Shown: positions 17,620 through 26,960, numbered from the stretch's first letter. The stretch: DNA of 41,819 nucleotides from Caldilineae bacterium (GCA_037446815.1 JBBIHX010000004.1:4189-46007), one strand, 5' to 3'. Notes: a model not told the origin generated them from the sequence alone. Numbers and translations are program-made.

Positions 17620-18807
17620 CTACTGGTTTACGATGCACCTCCGCAACATGTTCAGGGCGGTCGTTACCACCCATGTGCGCCCAAAGGCATCGCGCGTAGG
17701 CCGCGTGAGTATCTGGCAATCGGAAACGCTTGGCCCGGCGAGAGCGATGGCGCTGCCGCCCGGCGCGCCGACGATGACTATGCCATATGTGGCGCCGAAC
17801 CGCTGGCGGATCGCCTCGGCGGCGCCCAGCGCATTGGAGCATGCGTCGGCGCTGTCGTCCCAGGCCGCGCCGATGGTGCCGATGGCACGCTCCGAAGTCG
17901 CGACGAGGCCACCGAGGAAGGCCGACACATCGCGCAACGAGGCAAGGCGCTGGTTCAACTGGGCTCCGGTTACCGTCTCCAACACCGCCAACGTCTCGCC
18001 CTGCGCCTCCAACAAGCGCAGAACGACTTCCTCCAGGGTTTGCGAACCGGTGCCGTAGATGCTGTCGCCCAGCCGCTCTCGGATTCTGGATTCCATGTCG
18101 TCCAGCAATCGGTCTGCCTCGGCGTCCGATTCGGCCTTGGCGGTGATGCGGACATCGGTCTGGCCTGGGTGCGCGTTGAGGCCCACGGTCGGGTTGCGGC
18201 TTTGCATGAGGTCGGCGATGCGCTCATCCACGGCGCTCTCGCCGATGGCGCAGGTCTTGAGGACACGGGTCTTGATGATTTCATGGAGTCCGAAGCGGCG
18301 ACGGAGGTAAGGGATGACGGCGTGCTCCATAAGGTACTCCAGTTCTCGCGGTACGCCTGGGAGCGCGATGACCGCGCCGTTGGGAGTCTCCACGGCGAAG
18401 CATGGGGCGGTGCCCACGGGGTTCTCAATGACGACAGCGCCTGCTGGAATGTAGGCTTGCTGGATGTTGTTCTCGGTCATGCGGTAGCCGAAACTGCGGA
18501 AGCGGGCCTCAATGGCGGCGAGGAGTTCGGGATGCAGGACGAGCGGTCGGCCAGTGGCGCGGGCTACGGCCTGGCGGGTAACGTCGTCCACGGTGGGGCC
18601 AAGGCCGCCGGTGGTGATGACCAAGTCGGCGCGGCGCATGGCGAGGGCGATGGCGGCTGCCGTCCTCTCCTCGTTGTCGCCGACTGTGGTGCGGTAGTGC
18701 ACGTCAATGCCCAGGGCGCGAAGTTGCCGCGACAAGTAGGCGGCATTGGTGTCCACCAGGTCGCCCAGGAGGAGTTCAGTTCCCGATGTGATAATCTCCG
18801 CGCGCAT
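17620..18807 (-). CDS. cinA: CinA-like protein (COG1058 domain plus degenerate PncC domain)
   Basis: GTELLLGDLVDTNA, VGDN, TGGLGPTVDDVT, NPVGTAP, LPGVPRE, IGES; TAATG overlap with upstream ThiF gene. Confidence 0.9.
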   Translation of the reverse strand: MRAEIITSGTELLLGDLVDTNAAYLSRQLRALGIDVHYRTTVGDNEERTAAAIALAMRRADLVITTGGLGPTVDDVTRQAVARATGRPLVLHPELLAAIEARFRSFGYRMTENNIQQAYIPAGAVVIENPVGTAPCFAVETPNGAVIALPGVPRELEYLMEHAVIPYLRRRFGLHEIIKTRVLKTCAIGESAVDERIADLMQSRNPTVGLNAHPGQTDVRITAKAESDAEADRLLDDMESRIRERLGDSIYGTGSQTLEEVVLRLLEAQGETLAVLETVTGAQLNQRLASLRDVSAFLGGLVATSERAIGTIGAAWDDSADACSNALGAAEAIRQRFGATYGIVIVGAPGGSAIALAGPSVSDCQILTRPTRDAFGRTWVVTTALNMLRRCIVNQ

Positions 18808-19655
18808 TAGGCGTCTCCGAGTTTGAGGATTTCCACGGCGCCCTGTTCGGCGTCCATGAGGAGCATGCGGTTGCGAAGGGGTTGTCCGCGGCCGGTGATG
18901 AGTTTGACGACCTCTTGGATTTCCCAGGCGGCGATCATCATGGGCGTGGCGGCGGGGTTGCCCCATAGGGCCTCGGCGCCGCGCTCCGGCGATTTGCCTT
19001 CGGGATACAGCGCGAACAGGCCCGCATCGGTGGGGAAGATGGTCATCACCTGGCCGATGTATCCGGCGATGGCTCCATGCACCATGGGCACGCCGAGCGT
19101 CTGCGCGACCCGTTGGAGCAGGAACCGCGTCGGGAGTGTGTCCAGCGCATCCACGATGACCTGCGCGCCGGCCAGCAGGCGCGGGAGCGACCGGGCGTCG
19201 GCCCAGACGGTGTGGGCGACGGTCTCCACCGCGGGGTTGAGTTGGCGCACACGGTCGGCGGCGGCGTCGGTCTTGTACTGGCCCAGGTTGGATTCCCAAC
19301 ACAGCGCCTGGCGGTTGAGATTGTTTTCGGCGAAGCGGTCGCCGTCTATCAGGATGAGGCGGCCAACGCCCATGCGGGCCAGCCCCTCCACGATCCAGCC
19401 GCCCAGACCGCCAAGCCCGACAATGCCCACGGTTGCGCGCAGGAGGGCCAGTTGCCCGTCCCAGCCGACGGTGCCGAGGCTGCGCTGGTAGCGGGCGGGC
19501 AGGATGCAGTTCTCCACGGCGGCGATTTGCACGTCGCGGCGGGAGATGCCGAACTCTTCGGCCAGCGCCTGTTCGGCAGCCAGGGGCAGCAGGCAGAGCG
19601 AGCCTTCCTGGATGGCGGTTGCCCGAAGTCGCTCCTGCAAGGCGTTCTCGTTCAT
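18807..19655 (-). CDS. HesA/MoeB/ThiF family adenylyltransferase (E1-like) with N-terminal extension
   Basis: RYQR, VGLGGLGG, IDGDRFAENNLNRQ, GQYK, VDALD, HGAIAG; lacks the MoeB CxxC zinc motifs; SD GGAGGG. Confidence 0.88.
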   Translation of the reverse strand: MNENALQERLRATAIQEGSLCLLPLAAEQALAEEFGISRRDVQIAAVENCILPARYQRSLGTVGWDGQLALLRATVGIVGLGGLGGWIVEGLARMGVGRLILIDGDRFAENNLNRQALCWESNLGQYKTDAAADRVRQLNPAVETVAHTVWADARSLPRLLAGAQVIVDALDTLPTRFLLQRVAQTLGVPMVHGAIAGYIGQVMTIFPTDAGLFALYPEGKSPERGAEALWGNPAATPMMIAAWEIQEVVKLITGRGQPLRNRMLLMDAEQGAVEILKLGDA

Positions 19656-19781
19656 GATCGCCCTCCGTGTGTGGGGGATTGGATGGGGGGATTTTAGCAC
19701 GGGTGGGCGCGCCATGGCAACTTGCGGTAGGGGTGGGGTCGGTTCCGCCTTGCGTTGGTCAGCCCGCGCCGCTTCTCCCTG

Positions 19782-19896
19782 TGTAACGCTGAGGTGAAGG
19801 CGAAGCCTCTCGGTTGCCGAGATTCTTCGCGGCTTCGCCGCTCAGAATGACAGTTCCCAGGGGTTGCTTCAGGCGCTCCGCGCCCTCGCAATGACA
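19782..19896. repeat. REP-like type 1 element (19782-19852) followed by a type 2 right half (19860-19896)
   Basis: Contains GAGATTCTTCGCGGCTTCGCCGCTCAGAATGACA as in the other type 1 copies, then GTTGCTTC...CTCGCAATGACA. Confidence 0.85.
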
Positions 19897-19939
19897 AACA
19901 CCAACAGGCTTTGGAGCCGAATCTCTCGCATTGCACACG

Positions 19940-19968
19940 TTGCCAAATTCGCGTTCCTGTGGTACAAT
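19940..19968 (+). promoter_or_regulatory. Putative sigma70 promoter of pit (TTGCCA-N17-TACAAT, extended -10)
   Basis: Near-consensus with TG extension. Confidence 0.6.
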
Positions 19969-20003
19969 GCACGCTATACCGTTGCGCGGAGAAGAATAGG
20001 AGC

Positions 20004-20999
20004 ATGAGTTCCGACCTGGCGATCACCATCGCGCTTATCGTTACCGCTGTGAGTTTTGATTTCCTCAACGGGTTTCACGACAGCGCCAACGTTGTGGCCA
20101 CGACCATCTCATCGCGCGCGCTGTCGCCGCGCAAGGCGCTGATCCTTGCGGCAGTGTGCGAGGCCGCAGGGCCGTTCCTGTTCGGCGTCGCGGTCGCTAC
20201 AACCATCGGCCACGAAATCGTCTTGCCCGAGGCGATTAGCCCCACGGTCATTTTCGCAGGGCTTCTCGGGGCCATCGCCTGGAATCTCATCACGTGGGTC
20301 CTGGGCATCCCGTCCAGTTCGTCGCATGCGCTTATCGGGGGGCTGGTGGGCGCTGTAGCGATCTCGCACGGGTTCTCCGCTATCCAGGCTGCAGGCATTC
20401 GGAAGACCGTCATCGCCCTGTTCACGTCCCCCATCCTGGGGCTTGTTGTTGGATATTTGTTCATGAAATTGCTGTTGTGGCTTTCCAGGGCGGCGACGCC
20501 CCGTGCCAACGAGTTCTTCAAAGGGGCGCAAGTCCTCACCTCTATGGGGCTGGCGCTCAGCCACGGCACCAATGACGCGCAGAAGTCCATGGGTATCATC
20601 ACGATGGCGCTTCTGAGCGGCGGCTTGATTGATTCGTTCCATGTGCCGGTGTGGGTAATTGCCATCTGCTCGAGCGCCATCGCGCTCGGCACGTTCACCG
20701 GCGCTTGGCGCATCATCCGCACGCTGGGCGCGAAGTTCTACCGCATCCGCCCGATTCACGGTTTCAGCGCGCAGGCGGCATCGGCCGCGGTGATCCTCGG
20801 CGCGGCCGTGCTCGGCGGGCCCGTCAGCACAACGCAGGTTGTCAGTTCCACCATCATCGGCGTGGGGTCGGCGGAGCGCGTGTCCAAAGTGCGGTGGGGC
20901 GTCGCGGGGGATATCGCCGTCGCGTGGCTCCTCACCATTCCCGCGTCCATGCTCATGTCCGCGCTAATCTACTTGCCGCTTCAGGCGTGGCTGGGTTAG
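20004..20999 (+). CDS. pit: Inorganic phosphate transporter, PiT family
   Basis: NGFHDSANVVAT, GIPSSSSHALIGG, SHGTNDAQK, PVSTTQ signatures; SD AGGAG. Confidence 0.95.
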   Translation: MSSDLAITIALIVTAVSFDFLNGFHDSANVVATTISSRALSPRKALILAAVCEAAGPFLFGVAVATTIGHEIVLPEAISPTVIFAGLLGAIAWNLITWVLGIPSSSSHALIGGLVGAVAISHGFSAIQAAGIRKTVIALFTSPILGLVVGYLFMKLLLWLSRAATPRANEFFKGAQVLTSMGLALSHGTNDAQKSMGIITMALLSGGLIDSFHVPVWVIAICSSAIALGTFTGAWRIIRTLGAKFYRIRPIHGFSAQAASAAVILGAAVLGGPVSTTQVVSSTIIGVGSAERVSKVRWGVAGDIAVAWLLTIPASMLMSALIYLPLQAWLG

Positions 21000-21026
21000 T
21001 CGTTATTCCAAATCTGGAGGCAGAAG

Positions 21027-21653
21027 ATGGGTTTGAAGGATTTGTTCAAGAAGAAGCCCGACCGTTTTCGGCAACTCCTGGCCGAGCAGGCGTCCAAGAC
21101 GCTGGAGGGTGTCCAACTCTTGGAGCGGTACGTGCGCGCTCCTAGCCCCGAAATCGTGGACGCGCTGCGTCGCGCCGAGAAAGAGGCCGACGAACTCCGC
21201 CGCATCCTCATAGACGAATTGAACCGGACCTTCGCCACGCCCTTTGACCGAGAGGACATCTTCGGCCTGTCCCGCGCCATAGACGATATCATTGATTACG
21301 CGCACACATCGGTGGACGAAATGGCGCTGTTCGGCGTGGAGCCGACACCGGATATCGTGGCGATTGTGAAACTGCTGGCCGACGCCGCGACGGAGATTCA
21401 CCTCGCCGTGCTCCGCCTGAGCGACCATCCGGGGGTCGCGATTGAACATGCGAAGCGGGCCAAGTCGCTGGAGAACCGCGTGGAAGACCTGTACCGTCAG
21501 GCGTTGGCCCACCTGTTTGAGGATGTGAAGACGGTAGAGGATGTGCAGCGCGTGCTGAAACTGCGGGAAATCTTCCGCCATCTGAGCAATAGCGCGGACC
21601 GCGGGGACGAGGCCGCCAACCTCATCAGCGACATCGTCGTGAAGGGGACGTAG
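21027..21653 (+). CDS. DUF47 / PhoU-like phosphate transport regulator
   Basis: EKEAD, TPFDREDI, IDDIID, LENRVE, ADRGDEAA; standard pairing with pit. Confidence 0.92.
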   Translation: MGLKDLFKKKPDRFRQLLAEQASKTLEGVQLLERYVRAPSPEIVDALRRAEKEADELRRILIDELNRTFATPFDREDIFGLSRAIDDIIDYAHTSVDEMALFGVEPTPDIVAIVKLLADAATEIHLAVLRLSDHPGVAIEHAKRAKSLENRVEDLYRQALAHLFEDVKTVEDVQRVLKLREIFRHLSNSADRGDEAANLISDIVVKGT

Positions 21654-21721
21654 CCCGCCCAACCTACGTGCGGCATCTGGCGGCGCTTTGACGCCAGGTC
21701 GCGCGCGTGCGAACCGACAAG

Positions 21722-24571
21722 TTACGGCAACGGCGGCGCTATGCTGGCTCCCACGGGGTAGGTTACCGCGTAATCGTCAAAGCGGCAATCCGCCGGGGGC
21801 CCTGCTTCGGCGAATAGAATGGCGGCCAGGCCGATGCTTCGCACAAGCAACCCATCGTCATCCTGCCACGCGGGCTTGAACTCCACAGGCGTATCGTTGA
21901 CGAAGAAGCGCACCATGCCGTCTTGTTTGTCCACTAGGATGGTGTTCGCCGCGTCACCTGCGCGGACAGCCGTACACCGCGCCCAGCCGCGCACTTCTAC
22001 CCACTGGCGGGCCTGTCCGTCGTAGCGCCAGAGGGCTACCCAGCCCGACGGCGACACCATGAGCGCATACATCTCGGATCCGCCGAACACTAAGCCATAG
22101 GCCAGAGCGCCGCCACCGACGCGCCGCGCTTTCACGCTGATGCGCACCCAGTCGGACTGCATCTGCACCGGCGCGAGGCTCACAAAGACCAGCCCGCTTT
22201 GGCGCGCGAGAATCTGATACTCTCCGCCTACGTAGGCCATGGCGTAGGCCGGATTGTCCGCCGACCGCGGCCAGCCGCTCATCGGGTCGCTGAAGTCATC
22301 GTAGAAGGGCGTTGGCGTGCCGCCCGTGGAGTAGCGATAGTTCCGCGCAATGCGCGGGAGATAGCACTGCGGAGGCGCAATGGGGGTGCGCGTGGGCGAT
22401 GGCGTTGCCGTCGGCGTGGGCGTGTGCGTCGCGGTGGCCGAAGGCGTGCATGTGGGCGTCGGCTCCTGCGGCGTCGGCGATGGCGCGGTCGGCGTTGGCG
22501 TCGCGGTAAGGGTTGGAGTGGGCGTCGCGCCAGGGGTTTCAGCAGGCCGCGTTGCTGTCGGCGTGGCCGTGGCCGTGACCGTGGCCGAGGGGGTGGGCAC
22601 GGTTGGCGTGGCTGTGGCAGAGGGCTGTGGGGTAGGCGTGGCCGTGGGCGACGGGGTGAGCGTCGGCGTGGCGGTGGGCGTCTGGGTTGGCGTGAATGTG
22701 GGCAATGGGGTGGGCGATGGCTCGGCGAATGGGCGCAACAGTTGGTACGAGTTTCTTGCGTTCAAGAACCCACTGCCTTCCAGCCGCGGAACTCGGTGCG
22801 TGTTGGCGCCGTTCAGAAGAGCGTCGCGCAGGATAGCGGGCATGTCGGCGCGGCTTCGCAGGGCGGGGTACGCTTCCAGAAGCAGCGCTGCTGCGCCCGC
22901 TGCCACGGGGCTCGCCATGCTGGTCCCGCCCATCACGTAATAGTCGGCCGGCCCGCCTGGGATGCCATCGTTGTCCACGATGAACGGGTCCCAGCCGCTG
23001 CCGAGCGGGTAGGCCCTGTCGCGGGCGGAGATGATGGCCCAGCCCGGGGCCGCGATGTCGGGCTTCGGGCGCTCGTCTACGGTGGGGCCGTGGGCGCTGG
23101 AACCGGCGACCGTATTCACCACACCCGGAGATGGCGAAAAGGCGAAGGGGTTGCCCTGGTAGTTTGTCCATGCGGCGCGGCTCACGTAGGCGCTCACCGC
23201 GATGCACCCCGCCGCGTCGGCAGGCGTCTCCAAGGTGTAATCTGGATCGGGCGAGGCGAAGACGATGTCAGGGCTTTCGGCGTACACGTGCAGGCGCCTG
23301 CCGGCTACCGTAGGCCCCGATGCGCGGACGCGCAAGAAGTAGTCGCCTGGCGCTAGCATGGGCCCGTGAATGAGGCCGGACTCGGTTCCGTAGGCGCTTT
23401 CGGCGGGCTCCCACGCCACGCCAACAGGCTCCACCGCATTGCGGGCGTTGTCCAGCACGGAAACCGTGTACGATTCGCGGCGGTTCTTGCCATCGTTCCA
23501 CACCAGCCGAAGGAGCAGCCGCGCTGTGTTTTGAACCCGGAAGGCCACCTCCACAGGCGTTGCGCTGGCGCCGCCGAGGGTGGCCGCGGCATGACGTCGC
23601 TCGTCTGCCGCGTTGCCCGCCGAGCAGAAGACAAGGACCCCTTGCCGCTCCGCCCAGTCCACGGCCTGCGCCAGCGGCGATGTGCCGTCGTGAAAGGCGT
23701 CCCACTCGCCGTAACTGATGTTCATGACATGGGCGCCGGATTCCACGGCTTGGTGAATGGCTGCGACGAAAGCATCGGCAGTGGCGGGTGCGCCCTCTTC
23801 ATCCAGGCCGATCTTGAGGAAGATGAGGTCGGCGCCTGGGGCCATACCGGCGAACTTTCCACCCGACAGCGTGCCGCGTCCTAAAGCCGTGGCGGCGACG
23901 TGCGTTCCATGGCCGGAGTATGGGTTCCACACATCGTCATCCACGTCTGGGAAGCGCGACAGGTCTTTGGCAACGAGGGGCGCGGGGAGGTCGGGGTGCG
24001 CGGTGTCCAGGCCGGCGTCCAAAACGGCCATGCGGACGCCCGCGCCGGTGTATCCCAACTCCTGCACCCACGACACCTGGGAGGATACCCGCGCCAGGTC
24101 GTTGTGGGGGCGGAGGACTTGCTCGGCGGTGTCCAGGCGCACCACATCGTCCAGAGCGGCAAATGCGGCCACCTGCTGAATCGGCCCGGCGGCCAGCACG
24201 AACCCGTGCGGATGGATGCCAACCGGTGGCGTCCAGGTCTCGGGGTACACTGTGAAACCGAGCGACTGTGCGCGCTGGGTCCACGCGGAGGAAGGGGCGC
24301 CGCGCAGGTAGACGAACATGCGCTGGCGGCGGGGGTCCCAGCGGCTCCCGGCTGTTGCCGAGAGCGCTTCGGCGATGCCGATGCTGGGATTCGCAAGGTA
24401 CGCCTGTTTGAGGGCCAGTTGGTATTGCAGGAGGGCGCTCATCTTCGCGGCGGGAGATGGTTCCTCGGCATGGCCGCCCGCGGGAAGCAGCGCGAAGACG
24501 ATAGCCAGGGCGAAAATGCAGCGCCCTGCGGCCCGCAGTATCGTGCGAATAAGTAATCTGCCCCTACCCAC
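21722..24571 (-). CDS. Secreted S8 (subtilisin-like) serine peptidase with Pro/Thr linker and C-terminal beta-sandwich domain
   Basis: Signal peptide (..[15 protein letters not shown]|EE); triad VLDAG, HGTHVA, GTSMASP; oxyanion SAGN; [11 protein letters not shown] 24571 after AGGAG is the likely start (ORF extends to 24658). Confidence 0.9.
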   Translation of the reverse strand: MGRGRLLIRTILRAAGRCIFALAIVFALLPAGGHAEEPSPAAKMSALLQYQLALKQAYLANPSIGIAEALSATAGSRWDPRRQRMFVYLRGAPSSAWTQRAQSLGFTVYPETWTPPVGIHPHGFVLAAGPIQQVAAFAALDDVVRLDTAEQVLRPHNDLARVSSQVSWVQELGYTGAGVRMAVLDAGLDTAHPDLPAPLVAKDLSRFPDVDDDVWNPYSGHGTHVAATALGRGTLSGGKFAGMAPGADLIFLKIGLDEEGAPATADAFVAAIHQAVESGAHVMNISYGEWDAFHDGTSPLAQAVDWAERQGVLVFCSAGNAADERRHAAATLGGASATPVEVAFRVQNTARLLLRLVWNDGKNRRESYTVSVLDNARNAVEPVGVAWEPAESAYGTESGLIHGPMLAPGDYFLRVRASGPTVAGRRLHVYAESPDIVFASPDPDYTLETPADAAGCIAVSAYVSRAAWTNYQGNPFAFSPSPGVVNTVAGSSAHGPTVDERPKPDIAAPGWAIISARDRAYPLGSGWDPFIVDNDGIPGGPADYYVMGGTSMASPVAAGAAALLLEAYPALRSRADMPAILRDALLNGANTHRVPRLEGSGFLNARNSYQLLRPFAEPSPTPLPTFTPTQTPTATPTLTPSPTATPTPQPSATATPTVPTPSATVTATATPTATRPAETPGATPTPTLTATPTPTAPSPTPQEPTPTCTPSATATHTPTPTATPSPTRTPIAPPQCYLPRIARNYRYSTGGTPTPFYDDFSDPMSGWPRSADNPAYAMAYVGGEYQILARQSGLVFVSLAPVQMQSDWVRISVKARRVGGGALAYGLVFGGSEMYALMVSPSGWVALWRYDGQARQWVEVRGWARCTAVRAGDAANTILVDKQDGMVRFFVNDTPVEFKPAWQDDDGLLVRSIGLAAILFAEAGPPADCRFDDYAVTYPVGASIAPPLP
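22380..22720 (-). repeat. Low-complexity (PT/AT)n coding repeats forming the protease linker
   Basis: Encodes TPTATPT-type repeats. Confidence 0.8.
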
Positions 24572-24681
24572 GAACGTCGCACTCCTTCTACCGTATCTAT
24601 CAACGTAAACGAACGATAAAGGTTGCGGGTGCGCGCGAATGGGCGCGTGTCCGGTCAATTGATCATGTTACCGAGCGCGGG

Positions 24682-24710
24682 TTGACCGGAGGCGTGGAAC
24701 ACCATAGAAT
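24682..24710 (+). promoter_or_regulatory. Putative sigma70 promoter (TTGACC-N17-TAGAAT)
   Basis: Near-consensus; upstream of GTG 24765. Confidence 0.6.
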
Positions 24711-24764
24711 GCAAATGCGTCTCCAATGCGCAGGAATCCCGCTGACGCACCGAGGAGGTTACAC

Positions 24765-26042
24765 GTGGCACCCCATGGGTTCTGGACGTCTGCACGACGT
24801 CGCAGTCGGTTCTATTTCGGCCTCGTTGCCCTGCTCTTGGGAGCGGCGTCTGTGGCGCTCATTCCGGGTTGCGCGCCGACTCCCACGCCTACGGACATTC
24901 CGATAACCCTCACGAGCCAGGCTCCGCTGCCTACCGCAGGGCCATCGCCCGCGCCGTCTCCGTTGCCATCTCCGTCGGCAGTGCCTTCGCCTTCGGTTCG
25001 GCTGACGGCTACAGCGGCGCCTCAGCCCACGGCGACGCTGCCCACGCGCCCAACCCCCGGTCCCATGCCAAGCGCATCCCCCACCCCCGCGCCGACGGCA
25101 ACGCTGGCCCCGGTGGTGGCAATCCGCGCGCTTGTCGTGTCCCCAGGCGATGGCCGCCGACTTTACGCCGTCATCGGGGACCGCGCATATGAGAGCGGCG
25201 ACGGGGGCGTCACGTGGAGGCCCTTGGACACCATCGGCATCCCGCCCGAGGCGCGCCTGTTTACCCTGGCCCTGGACTACCGCAACCCGGCGGTCATGTA
25301 TGCCTGCACCAGCGACGGCATCTATCGGCGCGCCGGGGCGGACGCATGGGAGTTTATCCACCCGCTCAATGCTCAGGCGCTTGCGGTGGATTTGGTGGAT
25401 GCGAATGTCCTGTGGGCGGGCGTGTCGTGGACCACAGAGTACAACGCGGTCATTCTCAAGAGCACCGATGCCGGGCGGACGTGGGGCAAGGCCGATTTCG
25501 GCATCCAGGCGTACTTGGGGTATGGCGTTACAAGCATTCTGATTGACCCGGCCGACCCCAACATTCTGTACGCCAACCTGCGCTATGGTGGCCGCTTTGG
25601 GTGGCCGGTGGGCTGGGTATACCGAGGCGGGCGGGGCGGCACATGGGAGGCCCTGCGGCTGGGGCCAGAAGCCCAGAGGAGTGGGTTCTCCGAGGATGTC
25701 TGTATGCCTCACGGCCTGGCCTTTGACCCCAATCTGCGGCGGTTGTACGTGGGCTGCGACGCCTACTACTACAACAACTCCAGCCTGTTCATGCTCCAGT
25801 CGGACAACGCCCACGCGCCCAATTCGCGGGATGTCGCATGGAGCAAGGCGCTGACCCATGGCACGGTCGTTGCGCCCTTTGCGCTGGGCTTCGTCGCGCC
25901 GCTGGCGGTGGATGCCCGCCCGCCCAAGGCCGTCTATGCCGTTGTGTCGGGCACGAGCACCGCCTCGGACAAGCCGTACCGCTTCCTCGTGAGCCACGAC
26001 GACGGCCAAACGTGGGCCGAACTGCCCACGCCTGCTTTCTGA
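24765..26042 (+). CDS. Lipoprotein with Pro/Thr linker and BNR/Asp-box beta-propeller domain
   Basis: SD GAGGAGGT; Arg-rich n-region, hydrophobic h-region, lipobox-like LIPG|C; Asp-boxes SGDGGVTW, STDAGRTW, SHDDGQTW. Confidence 0.85.
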   Translation: MAPHGFWTSARRRSRFYFGLVALLLGAASVALIPGCAPTPTPTDIPITLTSQAPLPTAGPSPAPSPLPSPSAVPSPSVRLTATAAPQPTATLPTRPTPGPMPSASPTPAPTATLAPVVAIRALVVSPGDGRRLYAVIGDRAYESGDGGVTWRPLDTIGIPPEARLFTLALDYRNPAVMYACTSDGIYRRAGADAWEFIHPLNAQALAVDLVDANVLWAGVSWTTEYNAVILKSTDAGRTWGKADFGIQAYLGYGVTSILIDPADPNILYANLRYGGRFGWPVGWVYRGGRGGTWEALRLGPEAQRSGFSEDVCMPHGLAFDPNLRRLYVGCDAYYYNNSSLFMLQSDNAHAPNSRDVAWSKALTHGTVVAPFALGFVAPLAVDARPPKAVYAVVSGTSTASDKPYRFLVSHDDGQTWAELPTPAF

Positions 26043-26058
26043 ATCAAGGAGGTGCACC

Positions 26059-26370
26059 ATTCGGACACCGGCGGGACAGGAATGCCGATTCTTCTACGGA
26101 GACTACGCACGAGGCCGCCACACCGAAATCTGTCGCCTCTTGGAAAGCGGGCCTCGCGCATGGAGACCTGCGCTGTGCAAGACGTGCCCTGTGCCGGGCA
26201 TCCTTCGCGCCAATGGATGCCCGCACATCGTGCTCTACGGGCGCGTGGAGAGGCGCCTCGGGTTCTGGCAACGGGTGCGCGTTACCGCCGTGTGCGAGAA
26301 GACCCGCCAGATTGTCCCGGAGCCTCACGTGGGCTGCGGGCACTGCGGGGAAGATGGCCCGCGCGGCTAG
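26059..26370 (+). CDS. Small Cys-rich hypothetical protein (103 aa, 8 Cys), probable ATT start
   Basis: AAGGAGGT 5 nt before ATT; translates (M)RTPAGQECRFFYGDYARGRHTEICRLL...LCKTCPVPGILRANGCPH...VCEKT...PHVGCGHCG; first canonical start in frame is TTG 26140. Confidence 0.7.
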   Translation: MRTPAGQECRFFYGDYARGRHTEICRLLESGPRAWRPALCKTCPVPGILRANGCPHIVLYGRVERRLGFWQRVRVTAVCEKTRQIVPEPHVGCGHCGEDGPRG

Positions 26371-26448
26371 GGGCTCATCAGGCACGTCTCGGTTTGGGCA
26401 CGCGAACCTCTTGCCGCGCAAATATCGTCTGAATAGAAAGGTCCCCTC

Positions 26449-26477
26449 TTGACGAGAGTACGAAAGTATGGTACAAT
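26449..26477 (+). promoter_or_regulatory. Putative sigma70 promoter of arsR (TTGACG-N17-TACAAT, extended -10)
   Basis: Near-consensus with TG extension in an AT-richer patch. Confidence 0.7.
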
Positions 26478-26517
26478 AGTGCCTAGTGCGAACCCAAATC
26501 TGTTTCAGGAGGCTGAA

Positions 26518-26877
26518 ATGCGTAGAGAGGATCGCTGCGAGGTTCGTGTAATTGACGCGGAGAAGGTCAAGAAGATTTCGGAAACCCTCATTAGCGGCTT
26601 GGAAGCCACGCAACTGGCAGATGTGTTTGACGCGCTGTCAGACCCCACACGCCTGCGCATTGTCTCTGCCATTGCCGCCGACGGAGAGGTGTGCGTGTGC
26701 GACATCGCCGGCTCCCTGGGGATGACCCAGTCGGCCATTTCGCATCAACTCCGTCTCCTGCGCACCGTTGGCATCCTCAAGAATCGCAAGCAGGGGCGGA
26801 TGGTGTACTACACCCTTGCGAGCGAGCACATCGGCAAGATCTTTGCTGAGGCTGTGGCCCACATTCGCCAACCCTAG
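26518..26877 (+). CDS. ArsR/SmtB family metal-sensing transcriptional repressor
   Basis: FDALSDPTRLRI, EVCVCDIA, QSAISHQLRLLR, RKQGRMVYY; SD AGGAGG. Confidence 0.95.
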   Translation: MRREDRCEVRVIDAEKVKKISETLISGLEATQLADVFDALSDPTRLRIVSAIAADGEVCVCDIAGSLGMTQSAISHQLRLLRTVGILKNRKQGRMVYYTLASEHIGKIFAEAVAHIRQP

Positions 26878-26915
26878 CCCCCAACGCGGTGTTCCCTGGC
26901 ACCGCTTGCCGTACC

Positions 26916-26960
26916 CAATTAGCGGCTGTTCCCTGGCAGCCGCTAATTGTTTGCCTTTTG
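26916..26960 (+). terminator. Probable intrinsic terminator downstream of arsR
   Basis: Perfect 13-bp stem CAATTAGCGGCTG/CAGCCGCTAATTG followed by TTTGCCTTTT. Confidence 0.55.

Noticed and set aside
15580-19302. Long N-terminal extensions in the ORF track (546-aa dehydratase, 560-aa CinA, 376-aa flavoprotein)
   Set aside because: They overlap real upstream genes in other frames; SD-supported or translationally coupled internal starts (16701, 18807, 17596) give family-typical lengths.
8638-19655. Selenocysteine (TGA) read-through, prompted by yqeC
   Set aside because: No gene here appears interrupted by an in-frame TGA at a Cys-equivalent position; TGA codons fall at natural C-termini. YqeC relates to cofactor selenium, not Sec.
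18807-19655. ThiF as part of a RiPP or CBASS-like defence system
   Set aside because: No precursor peptide, YcaO, E2, JAB or cyclase gene nearby; neighbours are metabolic.
22380-22720. Possible CRISPR or tandem array
   Set aside because: Degenerate 6-bp periodicity encoding a Pro/Thr linker inside the S8 gene; no repeat-spacer structure or cas genes.
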